A stretch of 64,000 bases of DNA from an uncultured Rhabdochlamydiaceae bacterium (GCA_963712275.1 CAVQHD010000001.1:192001-256000); one strand, 5' to 3'. Counted from the first letter of the stretch, positions 45,983 through 57,191 are shown. A program made the numbers and translations. The notes: a model not told the origin generated them from the sequence alone.

Positions 45983-46915
45983 TTAGTTATATCCAATGAT
46001 CTTAGCATCGGGATGGAAATAGACCCAGCGCTCATTGAGGGTGGTTAACCAATCTACACCCCAATCCAATTCTTGTTCCCAGTCGGTTCCATACAGTCTT
46101 TCGAACTCAGCTATTTCAATTTTGTATTGTTCGTGGGTAACTGCTCTAGTTCGACGACGATTTTCAATAATTTCCCTTCCATTTTCATATCTATTCTCTA
46201 AAGCCTTTTCTATTTCTACGAGCTGTTGATGCACAACAGACCCAAGGTCATCATTAGTTGCTAACGCCAGCAAGTCTGCCCTTAATAAAGCTTGTGTTTT
46301 CTTATGAATCACAAAGGATCTCTCAAAATCCGGCATCGCTTTTATTGCTGGAAAAGATGGATTCCTGTTGGGGTCTTTAATATTTCCATTAGACTCTCGA
46401 GGACAATTCATGAGGAAGGTCATATCATAGAATATTCCGGAAGGAGTATGCGTAGGGACATCCATTACGCACAAGGAAACAGGACATGTAAAATTTTGCA
46501 GAAATTCATTTTCAGAGTATGACAAAGTGATGGCTATTTTAACCGAACTTATTAAACAATCGTTTCTCCATTTTTCAAAACTAGGGTGTTTCTCTGTTAA
46601 AGTCATGTAGATATAGCCTCCTGCCGCTCATCCTGCGATAAAGCCAATTCCACATCCCATCATACCCCCAAAATCTCCGACTTTAGGATCTTGATAAACA
46701 AATTTTTCTACCTCCGCTCCAATTTTTTTCCCAGCCTTTGCCCCCGCAAATGCGCTTAAACTAATACAAGTTAAAGCAGTAGGGATACTATTCTCGGTTG
46801 CTAGACCAGGAGTCCGAATATAAGCATAATGCCTACGAATCCTATCCCATCCGTTGTTAGTGTAAAGAGAAGATACTTGTTGGTAATGTTGAGCACGTTG
46901 TAGCGCTGTTGTCAT
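45983..46915 (-). pseudogene. U-box-like candidate effector interrupted by in-frame TGA at 46628-46630
   Basis: GFIAG*AAGGYIYMTLTEK continues in frame; FTCPVSLCVMDVPTHTPSGIFYD. Confidence 0.7.
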
Positions 46916-46941
46916 TTCATACTCCTTATCTTTGTTTTTAA

Positions 46942-47298
46942 TTAAAGACGAGCCTGTCCCGAAGCTACCAAAAACACACAAATGATTCCTGTAATCTTAA
47001 TGAGAATAAAAATCTTATCTATGTAATGCCCAGGAGGAACAAGCTTTTGGCCTTCTCCAATTCTCTCTTGTAACCAAGCATCTTTAGCGGCTCCTGTTAG
47101 CACTTGAAACTTCTTAGTTTGTGTCGATTTCATTGCTTCTATAAATAACTTCTTTCCCTCCAACGATAATTCGGCAATATTTTGAGGGAGCGGGAAGATT
47201 CTCGTCCCGTGGTAATAGGAATTCGTGCTAGGAATTAATATAAAAGATTGAACGATGCGAGGAAATATTCCTCCAACGGGGCTTGAGCGAGTAGCCAT
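46942..47298 (-). CDS. Hypothetical protein
   Basis: ORF with AAGGAG RBS; no recognisable motif. Confidence 0.4.
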   Translation of the reverse strand: MATRSSPVGGIFPRIVQSFILIPSTNSYYHGTRIFPLPQNIAELSLEGKKLFIEAMKSTQTKKFQVLTGAAKDAWLQERIGEGQKLVPPGHYIDKIFILIKITGIICVFLVASGQARL

Positions 47299-47336
47299 AT
47301 AGGTCTCCTTGAATCCATTAAGCCTACCACAAATGA

Positions 47337-48065
47337 TTAATTTATCTCTGCGATCTTCATGTTGTGGTAGACGGCGTCGACGTCTTCAAGTGCTTCGAGC
47401 CATTCAATCAGCTCTAAGTTCGCCTTCTGGTCGTCGGGGGAGCATTCGATCCAGTTTTTAGGAAGATACTGAAGCTCTGCCGACTCTGGTTTGATCCCGA
47501 GTTTTTCAATCGCCTCTTTCACTTCAATGAGGGCATCAGGGGCTGTCGTGATGATAAAGAGATCGTCTTCCGATTCAAAATCATCGGCTCCCGCTTCTGA
47601 AACGACAAGAAATAGTTTTTCTTCGATGGCCAATTTTTTGAGAACCTGTATCACCCCTTTATGATCGAAATTATAGGCGACCGCTCCAGGATTTGCCGCA
47701 TGCCCTCCCTTTTTGTTCAGGGCGATGCGAATGTCAGACGAGCTGCGGTTTTTGTTATCGGTCATCATCTCGACCAACAATCCAACGCCTCCGTGCCCAT
47801 AAAGTTCATAGATGATCTCGGAGTAGGCTGCTTGGTCCGCACTGCTTGCTTTTTTGATATTCCGCTCGATGTTCTCCGTCGGCATGTTGGCCTCGCGCGC
47901 TTTTTGTAAAACAAGGCGGAGGCGCGTATTGGTCTTCAGATCGGGACCCCCGAGTTTGACGGCGGTAATGATCTCCTTTGTCAGACGGGAAAAGATTTTT
48001 CCTTTGATGATGTCGGCTTTCCCTTTGCGGTGCTTAATGTTCGCCCACTTACTATGTCCTGCCAT
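47337..48065 (-). CDS. yebC: YebC/PmpR family protein
   Basis: MAGHSKWANIKHRK, YELYGHGG, TDNKNR, DVDAVYHN. Confidence 0.96.
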   Translation of the reverse strand: MAGHSKWANIKHRKGKADIIKGKIFSRLTKEIITAVKLGGPDLKTNTRLRLVLQKAREANMPTENIERNIKKASSADQAAYSEIIYELYGHGGVGLLVEMMTDNKNRSSSDIRIALNKKGGHAANPGAVAYNFDHKGVIQVLKKLAIEEKLFLVVSEAGADDFESEDDLFIITTAPDALIEVKEAIEKLGIKPESAELQYLPKNWIECSPDDQKANLELIEWLEALEDVDAVYHNMKIAEIN

Positions 48066-48558
48066 TCTTAAGATCCTTCTGCATCAAAATTTTAGTAATA
48101 TATTTCCCTTCGCTTTTAATAAACCGAGGATGTTTGCCATACTCTTTAAACCCCAATCTTTGATAAAGCCGAATCGCGGGATTTCCTTCATAGACTTCCA
48201 AATGGAGCAGCTCAATGTGAAACTGATCTCTTGCAGCTTTCTCAAAATGTTCAATCAAAGCCCGTCCAATGCCTAAATTTCGGTACTGCGCGTCGACAAT
48301 GATCGCAAAAAGGCAGTGGTGAGCAAGCCGTTTGTACGGTTGGAGGTAGAGGACAGCCATACCGGCAGGCTTCCCTTCATATTCAGCTGTAAAAGAGGCT
48401 TGATACCTCGTGTATCCCATCCAAATCCTGACGGCATCATCCACTTCCCGCTGGTCCGTCATAGGAAACCACCGCAAGATCGAAGGATCAAGCGCCCATC
48501 CGATCAAAAAAGGGGCGTCTTCAACAACAGAAGGACGGATATGAATTTGGGACGTCAC
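48052..48558 (-). CDS. GNAT N-acetyltransferase
   Basis: YRNLGIGRAL, NPAIRLYQRLGF. Confidence 0.88.
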   Translation of the reverse strand: MTSQIHIRPSVVEDAPFLIGWALDPSILRWFPMTDQREVDDAVRIWMGYTRYQASFTAEYEGKPAGMAVLYLQPYKRLAHHCLFAIIVDAQYRNLGIGRALIEHFEKAARDQFHIELLHLEVYEGNPAIRLYQRLGFKEYGKHPRFIKSEGKYITKILMQKDLKNGRT

Positions 48559-49043
48559 AGGTACGCCTCCATGTAAATACGCGCCAAATCTGGATCTTTC
48601 ACATAATGACTCTGTCTAAAAATTTCTTGAAACCCTTGTTGTTTGAGGAGGCTTTCAATGGGGTTCCCTTCAAAAATTTCGATCGCAATCGCTTCAAGAT
48701 GGAAGTAGTTCTTCGCTAGGTGCTTCAGGTTCCGGAGAAGCGCTGTTCCAATCCCACGCCTCTGCCATTTCGGGTTGACGGCAAGTTTAAAGAGCGCTTG
48801 ATGAGCGACTTTTTGGTAAGGCATTAAAAAGAGTGTTCCCACTGCGCACGGAATACGGTCGATCGTCGCTGTTAAGCTAGAGCTCCATCTGCAAAACCCA
48901 ATCCAGCATTGAAGCGCATCTTCAACCTCTTTTTCCATTGCCATTGGAAACCATTTGAGAATGGTTGGATGGTTGACCCACTCCCGCAAATAAGAAATAT
49001 CTGTCACATACGTATAACGAATGTCAAACCCTGGAATCTCCAT
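48555..49043 (-). CDS. GNAT N-acetyltransferase (tandem paralog)
   Basis: WQRRGIGTAL; ILKWFPM motif shared with the neighbour. Confidence 0.85.
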   Translation of the reverse strand: MEIPGFDIRYTYVTDISYLREWVNHPTILKWFPMAMEKEVEDALQCWIGFCRWSSSLTATIDRIPCAVGTLFLMPYQKVAHQALFKLAVNPKWQRRGIGTALLRNLKHLAKNYFHLEAIAIEIFEGNPIESLLKQQGFQEIFRQSHYVKDPDLARIYMEAYL

Positions 49044-49046
49044 AGA

Positions 49047-50142
49047 CTAACCAAACTCCTTCAAGTAAGAAATGACAAAAACATCGAGATCCCCATCCAT
49101 TACCGCTGCAATATTTCCTACTTCAACGTCGGTTCGATTATCCTTTACAAGTGTATACGGCTGAAAGACATAGCTTCGAATCTGGCTTCCCCAAGCAATC
49201 TCTTTTTTCTCTCCTCCCATCTGCTCAATTTTCGCCTTCCGCTCCATCATTTCTTTCTCATAGAGCTGCGCCTTCAACATTTTGAGGCACGCTTCTCGAT
49301 TTTGAATCTGGCTTCGCTCTCTCTGACACGAAACAATGATCCCTGAAGGAAGATGAGTCATTCGAACAGCGGAATCAGTCTTGTTAACATGCTGCCCTCC
49401 TGCGCCCGAAGCTCGATAAGTATCAACCCGAATATCTTCGGACCGAACTTCAATTTGAACATCCTCCCCCACTTCAGGAGTGACATTGACAGAGGCAAAA
49501 CTCGTATGCCGTTTTGCATTGGAGTCGAAAGGAGAGATGCGGACTAAACGGTGGACCCCTTTCTCCGCTTTACAATAGCCGTAGGCAAAAGAGCCCGAAA
49601 TTCTGAATGTGGTGCTTTTGATTCCTGCAACCTCTCCATCGACACAATCGAGCACTTCGATATCCCATCCACGGCGCGCAACCCACCGTTGATACATCCG
49701 GGAGAGCATGAGCGCCCAATCGCACGCCTCCGTTCCTCCAGCTCCTGCATTGATGCTGAAGTAGCAGTTCTTTGCATCCATCTCCCCTGAAAGCATGCGC
49801 CGGATTTCAAGATCGGAGAGTTTTTTTTCAATCAGACCAAGCTCTTTCAGGAGGTCGTCTACAAACCCTTGATCTCCAGCTGTTTCTGCATCTGGAAGGA
49901 GCGCCTCGACATTCGAAAATCGGTCTTTGACATCATAGAAAGGAATCGTCCACTCTTTGAGCTCATTGGCTTCGCTAATCACGCTCTGAGCCCCGCTAGG
50001 GTCGTCCCAAAAGGAGAGATCTCCCATCAACGTTTGCAGTTCATCAATCCGTTTTTGCTTTTTTTCGAGGTCAAAGATACCTCCACATATGCAAAAGTCG
50101 ATTCTTAATACTCGTCAATTGATTTTGAACCATTTCGTTCAT
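49047..50142 (-). CDS. prfB: Peptide chain release factor 2 with programmed +1 frameshift
   Basis: SPF and GGQ motifs; upstream frame MNEMVQ...MWRYL then CTT TGA C. Confidence 0.96.
50070..50085 (-). promoter_or_regulatory. prfB frameshift site
   Basis: TGGAGG-TAT-CTT-TGA-C. Confidence 0.93.
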
Positions 50143-50223
50143 GATAAGCCTACTTCCGTTTTCAGTGTACTCACATCCACTATACCGCTAAGAATCGCCC
50201 AAAGTCGAGTTAAAAAATGTTTA

Positions 50224-50973
50224 TTATTTAAGAAATAGCCTAAGGTAATCTTTTTGAGTTTCCCTGACCATGCGAGCTATAAAATCGATGAACTCTTGAT
50301 CGCTAATGTGCGCCTGTTCTAAAGAGTCGATGTACTCTCTTCTTGTGATCGGTGGGATGATCGCAATATTATACCCTTCCTGAAGCAAAATCAAATTCAT
50401 GAGCAGTCTGGCAGTTCGACCATTTCCGTCAATGAAGGGGTGAATAAAAATAAACTCTTTATGCGCTAGAGCAGCTGCCTTGACAGGATGGTTTTCTTTT
50501 CTGAACGTCTCAATGTGAGGAATAAGTGCTTTCATGAGCAACGGCACGTCGGCCGGTTTTGGCAGTGGATATTTCGATCCAGTGATGATCGCTTTGCCAG
50601 ATCTATATTTTCCTGCATGTTTCTCATCGATCCGAAAGTAAAAAAGTTGGTGCAATTGTTGGATATCTTTTTCCCGCACAGTTTTGTCATTAACAAGCGT
50701 GTAGAGAAAGTCATAAGCTTCAGCATGTCCGACAGCTTCAAAATGGTCTTTGAGAGGCTTTCCTCCAATCGTAATTCCATCCTCTAAAACAATTTTTGTT
50801 TCCGATTCAGTTAAGGTATTCCCTTCTAGGGCATTGCTTGAAAAAGTCAATCCGATCTTGTAGTACTCTTTGATTTGTTTAAGAAAGTCGGCGCTCAAAG
50901 GTCTATGGGAATTGATTTCCCTCTGTAATGAATCGATTTCTTTGAAAATATCGGCCTGCATATGTATTTCCAT
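50224..50973 (-). CDS. Fic family protein
   Basis: SNALEGN and HPFIDGNGRTAR. Confidence 0.93.
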   Translation of the reverse strand: MEIHMQADIFKEIDSLQREINSHRPLSADFLKQIKEYYKIGLTFSSNALEGNTLTESETKIVLEDGITIGGKPLKDHFEAVGHAEAYDFLYTLVNDKTVREKDIQQLHQLFYFRIDEKHAGKYRSGKAIITGSKYPLPKPADVPLLMKALIPHIETFRKENHPVKAAALAHKEFIFIHPFIDGNGRTARLLMNLILLQEGYNIAIIPPITRREYIDSLEQAHISDQEFIDFIARMVRETQKDYLRLFLK

Positions 50974-50988
50974 TATATGACGAACTTG

Positions 50989-52329
50989 CTATGCAAACAA
51001 GAGCAGTTTCGCGACGCATTCGACGTGGGCTGTCTGAGCAAACATATCATACGGCTGCACAACATCGGTCTTGTATCCGAACTGAGCAAGGTAGGCAAGG
51101 TCCCTGGCAAGCGTCGCCGGGTTGCACGAGATATAAATAAGCCTCTTGGGAGCAAGACGCCCTATCCCATCCAAAAAGGCAGGTTCACACCCTTTGCGCG
51201 GCGGGTTTATAAGAGCGACATCGATAGCTGTCAACGAGTCGATAAAAGTCTCACAAGGAGCGCACACAAAAGAGACGCTCTGAATTCCATTGAGCCTGCT
51301 ATTCTCTTGTGCATCTCTGATTGCTTGGGCAACCGACTCAACCCCAATCACCTTTTTAGCATGCTTGGCAAAGAGAAGAGAGAGCGTTCCGACGCCGCAA
51401 TAAGCATCAAGCACTGTTTCGTCTCCTTTAAGCTCGGCAAAGCTAAGCGCCTTCGCATAGAGGTTCTCAGCCTGAGCAGGATTGACTTGGAAAAAGGAAG
51501 CAGGAGAAACCTTGAAGGTAAGCCCACATAGCCGCTCTTCCATTGAAGGGGCGCCTGCCAGTAATCGATACTCATCTCCTAAAATGACATTCTCAGGTCC
51601 CGAATGGATGTTGTGCACGACCCCCTTGATTGCTGGATGGCATGCCATAATCTGGGCTGCAAGGCGTGATAAAAACAGAGAACCCTTCTGACTAGTCACT
51701 AAAACGATAAGCGCCTGTTGCGTATGCAGCGTACTTTTAATCAATACATGGCGCAGTTCTCCTGTTTTGGCAGCGGGATCATACGGCTCAATTCCCGATT
51801 GCATCACGATCGATCTGATTTCTCTATATACCTCTTCCCCTAAAGGTGAATGGATATGGCACGCCTTCACTTCGATGAGCTCGTGAGAGGAGCGCGCATA
51901 AAGGCCGAGTGTAAGACCTCGCTTTCCCTTTCTGACAGGCAGCTGAATCTTATGCCGATAAGCAACAGGTGATGGAGACGGCAAGCAAGGCTCTGTGATA
52001 TCACCGTCAATTTTGCCGATACGCTTTAAGGCATCAACCACCTGTTGCCGCTTGATTTCAAGCTGTTTTGAGTAGGAAAGGTGCATTAAATGACACCCCC
52101 CGCATCTCCCAAACAGCTTGCAAGGCGGCTGCACACGACTAGGAGACGGCTTAAGAATACTGCTGAGGCGTGCTCTCCCATACCGCTTTTTTCGTTGAAA
52201 AAGATGCGCCTCAACAACCTCTCCTGGCAGGGCGCCATCGACAAAAATCGTATAGCCGTCATGATAGCCAATTCCTTCTCCTTCGCTGCCGACGGCATGT
52301 ATTTGGAAAGTCATATTTTGGTTTGTCAT
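50989..52329 (-). CDS. rlmD: 23S rRNA m5U methyltransferase RlmD/RumA family
   Basis: TRAM domain, CGGC cluster, SFFQVN, DAYCGVG, NPPRKG, YISCNP, HVEC. Confidence 0.93.
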   Translation of the reverse strand: MTNQNMTFQIHAVGSEGEGIGYHDGYTIFVDGALPGEVVEAHLFQRKKRYGRARLSSILKPSPSRVQPPCKLFGRCGGCHLMHLSYSKQLEIKRQQVVDALKRIGKIDGDITEPCLPSPSPVAYRHKIQLPVRKGKRGLTLGLYARSSHELIEVKACHIHSPLGEEVYREIRSIVMQSGIEPYDPAAKTGELRHVLIKSTLHTQQALIVLVTSQKGSLFLSRLAAQIMACHPAIKGVVHNIHSGPENVILGDEYRLLAGAPSMEERLCGLTFKVSPASFFQVNPAQAENLYAKALSFAELKGDETVLDAYCGVGTLSLLFAKHAKKVIGVESVAQAIRDAQENSRLNGIQSVSFVCAPCETFIDSLTAIDVALINPPRKGCEPAFLDGIGRLAPKRLIYISCNPATLARDLAYLAQFGYKTDVVQPYDMFAQTAHVECVAKLLLFA

Positions 52330-52398
52330 ATACCTAATAATCTTGGATAAAAAATCTAGTGATTTCTATAATTGCCCCCATCTTCAAAGGAGGGATAA

Positions 52399-52719
52399 AT
52401 GGGTAGAAGAATCGGAAGTCTTAGAGACTCGGTCTCCACAACTTTAACACAGACTCATCAAAACCTTAGAACTCATTCGAGTTTAGGACATGCCTATACA
52501 TTTGTAACAGACGAGATTACTCCTCCAGTTTGGAACGCAGCTTGTAAAGTCAACTCTTTTTTAAGACCTAAAGTCAGTTCTGTATGGCAAACCCTTGCTG
52601 CTCATGCTCGCGCAAGACCCTATGTAACCGTTTTAGTCGGCGGTATTTTTTGTCTTGCTTTCATTCATGTGGTCGTTAGACCTTTTCGGAAAAGAGACAA
52701 CCACCCTTCTGAAAATTGA
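52399..52719 (+). CDS. Small hypothetical membrane protein
   Basis: GGAGGG RBS; one C-terminal TM helix. Confidence 0.5.
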   Translation: MGRRIGSLRDSVSTTLTQTHQNLRTHSSLGHAYTFVTDEITPPVWNAACKVNSFLRPKVSSVWQTLAAHARARPYVTVLVGGIFCLAFIHVVVRPFRKRDNHPSEN

Positions 52720-54800
52720 TACGTCCAATGCCAGGAAGGGGTTTCGATTTTTTCAAAATAAAATTCGATCTTTTCCTGATTTTCAAGGCTTTCACGCGCG
52801 TAGCATCGGAAGCCATGTGGCACCTCGATAAAGTGATCTCCTTTCAACACGATGTTTTCAGCATAAAATTCACTCATTCCTCTTAATAAAATTTGACAGG
52901 TTTCTTGCCGGGCGATTTCATTTTTCCAATAGACGTTTGGAAGTTCGTGGTCAATCCCCTTATTGAGAATCACGACATTCTTCAAAACACACCGACCAAC
53001 CCGCTCTGAATAGACCAAACGATGATCGGTATCGTAGTGCCCCATAATCGATTCTGCTTGAATGAGCAAACTTCCATCGATGATCAAGTTTTCAAAGTCA
53101 ATTTCACTGATTTGGAGCTGAACTTCGCTCCCTGGATAGAGTTTACCTCCTCTCCATTTTTGAGCAATGATCGAATAAAGGGGGCCTAGAGCAGGATGAT
53201 AAAGCGCAATAAAAGAGGGGCCATTTTCAAAAAATTGAAGAGGATCTCCTACCGGCGGAACTTGCACATGACACTCTAGCGTCAAGAGATCGCGCACATT
53301 CTGAAGGATATCGAGGAAACACCCTTCCGGCGTCTCCAGAAGAGAGGCTCCCAGTGCAAACTCCCGCTTCACTGCGGAAATCGTCTTTCTACGATGGTTA
53401 TAAGTAAGATAAGTTTGAAGAACATCTCGAGATCCTTCTTTAAGAGGGTGTGGAAAGCATTCATCAAAAAAATCGGCAATATTTTGCATCGTTGACTCTA
53501 AACGAGCCACCTCTTCTTCCTTTTTTGCTCCCTCAGATGTTCGGTAGTTGATTTTTTTCATATTGACCAAGATCCCAGGAATCGGAGAGCGCGCCACCGC
53601 CTCTGCAATACTTGCAATATCGACAAATAGAATGTTTGTATTTGAAGGAAATTTAGAATAGGGGCTTCCAGGCCTTTCAGGGGTATCTTGGATACCAAAC
53701 TTTTTGAAATCGCAATATTCAATGTTAGTGAGCGAGTAACGAACCCCCGTCTCGCAATCGGTTTCAACGAGCACATTGATCCCTTCCGACGCTTTCACCA
53801 GGCGAGGACATGAGGCAAACCCAAACCGTTTATTTTGCTCACACCCAATCCCTGTAAATGCAAGGAGAGCGTAGTCTGTATTGGCGACAGGATTGTTCAC
53901 TTGCCGCACGAGCGCTTTTTTCCGATTCATGCTTTGAAACCAGTCTAAAATCCCTTCCTCTTGAGCAAGCCTCCAAAGAACTCCGTGCCCGCCCGGTTTC
54001 ATCAGAAGCTGCTGAGGACCTTGTAAACACCAGTCCCCTTGCCGATTGATCGTCGGAACAAGTGGCTGACAAAAAAGCCGAAACATCTCTCGAGGCCTTC
54101 CAAACCATCCCGCTTCCTCGCAAATCTGAACAATATGATCGTGATTATTTTTCTCCTGCGATGTCATGATGGCAATCGGTGTTGCCAGTTGCTGCCCGAA
54201 AAGCTTGTAATGAAGATACTCACGCGATTGCAAATCCACAATAAGCCCTTCTAAAAGTGTCTTCCCGAGAAAAGGGAGTCGGGCTGCAGGAAGCGGCTGC
54301 CCCGTTCTTTCATCATATAAGCGAAGGCGGTCGGCTGCTCCACCTAAGGGGTATATTTCAGCCATGAGAGAAAGAGTTCGAATCCCCTCAATTGTTGCCT
54401 TAAAGACCTCTGCAGTCTCCTCTGCAATCGAAATCCCCTCAGGAGGAAGATACCGGCCTCCACACCCCTTTTTTCCATCGGCGCGCAGCAACTCAAGCAT
54501 CCGCGCATGATACCCAATCACACCTCCGATCAATGCATAAAACCGTTCAACCTGGTCCAACTGGTCGAGAAGAGGCGCGACCTTTTTTAAATCAAATGAC
54601 GTGAGAAGCCCCTCTCCCTGCCCCGCTGCGAGAAGAGAGTACAAAACAAGCTGATGGCGCTCGGAGAGTTTTTCTTTTAAAGAAGAGACCTCAGGAGACC
54701 GCGCTAAGAATTCTTTCACCACTGGCCATTCACTGAGCAGATTGATTTTCTCTTGGAGCGTTAAGCAAACCATCAGCTGCTGGGCTAAAGAGTTTAGCAT
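52665..54800 (-). CDS. UTP-glucose-1-phosphate uridylyltransferase, plant UGP3-like
   Basis: YPLGGAADRL, KPGGHG, RQVNNP, NIEY, RLESTMQNIAD. Confidence 0.85.
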   Translation of the reverse strand: MLNSLAQQLMVCLTLQEKINLLSEWPVVKEFLARSPEVSSLKEKLSERHQLVLYSLLAAGQGEGLLTSFDLKKVAPLLDQLDQVERFYALIGGVIGYHARMLELLRADGKKGCGGRYLPPEGISIAEETAEVFKATIEGIRTLSLMAEIYPLGGAADRLRLYDERTGQPLPAARLPFLGKTLLEGLIVDLQSREYLHYKLFGQQLATPIAIMTSQEKNNHDHIVQICEEAGWFGRPREMFRLFCQPLVPTINRQGDWCLQGPQQLLMKPGGHGVLWRLAQEEGILDWFQSMNRKKALVRQVNNPVANTDYALLAFTGIGCEQNKRFGFASCPRLVKASEGINVLVETDCETGVRYSLTNIEYCDFKKFGIQDTPERPGSPYSKFPSNTNILFVDIASIAEAVARSPIPGILVNMKKINYRTSEGAKKEEEVARLESTMQNIADFFDECFPHPLKEGSRDVLQTYLTYNHRRKTISAVKREFALGASLLETPEGCFLDILQNVRDLLTLECHVQVPPVGDPLQFFENGPSFIALYHPALGPLYSIIAQKWRGGKLYPGSEVQLQISEIDFENLIIDGSLLIQAESIMGHYDTDHRLVYSERVGRCVLKNVVILNKGIDHELPNVYWKNEIARQETCQILLRGMSEFYAENIVLKGDHFIEVPHGFRCYARESLENQEKIEFYFEKIETPSWHWTYQFSEGWLSLFRKGLTTT

Positions 54801-54801
54801 C

Positions 54802-56943
54802 TTAGTTGGGCTGGAAAAGTTTTATCGAGTTCTCGAGATCCTCAGACCGATAGTTAGGATCTATTAATCCTTCCAAAAGATTTAGAGCACTTTTCGAAAC
54901 CGTCGTTTGAGGATCCTGCTTGTCTAGCATTTGAACTGTTGCATTCTTATTTGCTCCTAGCTCTATTAGGACTTCAAGAAAGTGGCTTCGACAAAACGGA
55001 TAAGAAAAACCGCGGGCATTGGCGGAGGCAATCTTAAGCAGAGGAGTAAAACCATTCTCATCCTTTGCTTCAATATCAAATCCTCGTTTGAATAACTCCC
55101 GAACCAATTTCTCGCTCTTACAAGCTACCCAGCATGAAGACTGCTGCCTCTTATCGAATTCGCCTACTTTAATGAAGTTTTTGTCAAGAAGGTGGAGAAC
55201 ATAGGCAAAATTTCCTTTCTCTAAAGCTTTGACAAAATAATGATGCTTTATAGGCACCGGCATTGTTGGAAAAAGATATGCGGCCAGTATTTCAAAACTG
55301 CCCAAGTCCTCATCATCCAAAAGATCTAGAGCACTTTTCGAAACCGTCGTTTGAGGATCCTGCTTGCCTGGCATTTGAACTGTTGCATTCTTATTTGCTT
55401 CTAGCTCTATTAGGACTTTAAGAAATTGGCTTCGAAAAAACGGATAAGAAAAACGGCGGGCATTGACGGAAGCAATCTTAAGCAGAGGAGTAAAATCATT
55501 CTCATCCTTTGCTTCAATATCAAATCCTCGCTTGAATAACTCCCGAACCAATTCCTCGCTCTTACAAGCTACCCAGCATGAAAACTGCTGCCTCTCATCG
55601 AATTCGTTTACTTTAATGAAGTTTTTGTTAAGAAGGTGGAGAGCATAGACAGAATTTCCATTCTCTAAAGCTTTGACAAAATAATGATGCTTTATAGGCG
55701 CCGGCATTGTTGGAAAAAGACGTGCGGCCAGTATTTCAAAATTGTTCCAGCTCTCATCGTTTATATCCTCCCACCCAAGAGACCCATCGTCAAGGAATTG
55801 ATCTAAAGCTGTTTCCCCTCCTGTATCTTGTTGGTCAAGATCAACGTTTTCATCAATTAATCTATCAAGGAGCTCAGAGTCCTTACAAATACGTTGTGTA
55901 AGAGCAGGCTCATGAAAATAATTGTTTTTAAATGCATCAACATCGTTTGAATCCGAAGAACCAATAAGCACTATTTTGTTGTTTTTTTTATAAGCTTGGT
56001 CCAAAGCTTGCAAAAGCCTAGGGTAGTTTTGGAGAGCCTTTTGTACTGACAATGCTGCCTCCGTTGGTTCTTCCGTTGATTCTAATACCTCTTGGATCGG
56101 TGTATCTAAATCAATCCAAGCACCATATTCTAAAAGTTTATAAATGTTTTTAACAGAATAAGATTGAGGGTAATTGACGAAATCCCTAATAGATTCTAAT
56201 AAAAATTGGGGTTTACTGTTTTTCAATTCCACCAAACATGGTTCTGTAGAGATCTTGCTCAAAAAAATATCAACTGCCCCTTCATCAAGACCCCTTTTTA
56301 CCAAATCCCAACACTCTAAAAGATCATCCTCATCAAATCCTTCTGTAGAGATCACCTCTTTTGACAAAGCATGGCTAATAGACTCGGCTGTACCTTTAAA
56401 CACCTCCTTAACATCTTTAACTGACAGTTTCTTCTTTTGATCTGAATGCACATCAATCACTAAATTAAAGATTTCATCAACTCCTCTATCTAGTCCTAAT
56501 GAGATAATTTTATTTATGGCATCGGGATAAGCGCGAAAAAGTTCTTGCCTAGAAGCTAAATGTTTGGCTACGTAATTTATCGCTAGCATAGGCACAGATT
56601 CTTTTTGAAATTGCTCTACAATGCATGCATCGATTGTTCTCTGAGCCCGTCGATTTTCATAACGGTAATAAACATAAGCAGTAACAAGAGACCCACCTAT
56701 TTGAGCAAGGGACCCTAGATAAGCCGCTCTTCCGATCAGCAGATTGCGTCCTATAAATCGGGATGCACACATTGCTAGAGAGCTCGTCAGCAAGAACACA
56801 TAGGCTGTACGCAACTTGACCGCCCTTAAATCAATGAGGGTTACAGCAGGGCCGCTTTGTCTGTTCTCTGACAAGTAACTTTCATAAAGCGGATTAACCG
56901 CAGACTCCCAAATCTTTAAACTGTTACAGATGGTGGCTAACAT
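54802..56943 (-). CDS. Ankyrin-like repeat protein with N-terminal hydrophobic domain and internal tandem duplication
   Basis: GFDIEAKDENGFTPLL, LIELGANKNA. Confidence 0.7.
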   Translation of the reverse strand: MLATICNSLKIWESAVNPLYESYLSENRQSGPAVTLIDLRAVKLRTAYVFLLTSSLAMCASRFIGRNLLIGRAAYLGSLAQIGGSLVTAYVYYRYENRRAQRTIDACIVEQFQKESVPMLAINYVAKHLASRQELFRAYPDAINKIISLGLDRGVDEIFNLVIDVHSDQKKKLSVKDVKEVFKGTAESISHALSKEVISTEGFDEDDLLECWDLVKRGLDEGAVDIFLSKISTEPCLVELKNSKPQFLLESIRDFVNYPQSYSVKNIYKLLEYGAWIDLDTPIQEVLESTEEPTEAALSVQKALQNYPRLLQALDQAYKKNNKIVLIGSSDSNDVDAFKNNYFHEPALTQRICKDSELLDRLIDENVDLDQQDTGGETALDQFLDDGSLGWEDINDESWNNFEILAARLFPTMPAPIKHHYFVKALENGNSVYALHLLNKNFIKVNEFDERQQFSCWVACKSEELVRELFKRGFDIEAKDENDFTPLLKIASVNARRFSYPFFRSQFLKVLIELEANKNATVQMPGKQDPQTTVSKSALDLLDDEDLGSFEILAAYLFPTMPVPIKHHYFVKALEKGNFAYVLHLLDKNFIKVGEFDKRQQSSCWVACKSEKLVRELFKRGFDIEAKDENGFTPLLKIASANARGFSYPFCRSHFLEVLIELGANKNATVQMLDKQDPQTTVSKSALNLLEGLIDPNYRSEDLENSIKLFQPN
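54872..55741. repeat. Intragenic tandem duplication, period 444 bp (148 aa)
   Basis: 54872-55297 is near-identical to 55316-55741. Confidence 0.9.
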
Positions 56944-57191
56944 GCGACTCCTTTCTTGTTCAGGAACATTGTATCAAATCCATGGATTTTTTAGCTGTGC
57001 ATAAAGATATTTTAACTTTACGGCGTTCTCTCATTCGGCTGAAAAAATAGTACTCCGGCGGATTTTTTTTGACTATAATACCCCAAGACAGTTACAAGAG
57101 ATCTTCGAGGATAAATGAAGAACCCCTCGTGAATCTATCGCCTCGAAAGAACCGAACCGATAGTGATCTAGAAAAATAAAGGAGAATCGGA

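Noticed and set aside
46628..46630. TGA recoding (in-frame TGAs here and at 7333)
   Set aside because: Several conserved genes end in TGA and prfB with its TGA-dependent frameshift is present; these are ordinary nonsense changes.
50070..50085. prfB frameshift as a novelty
   Set aside because: Well-known autoregulatory +1 frameshift.
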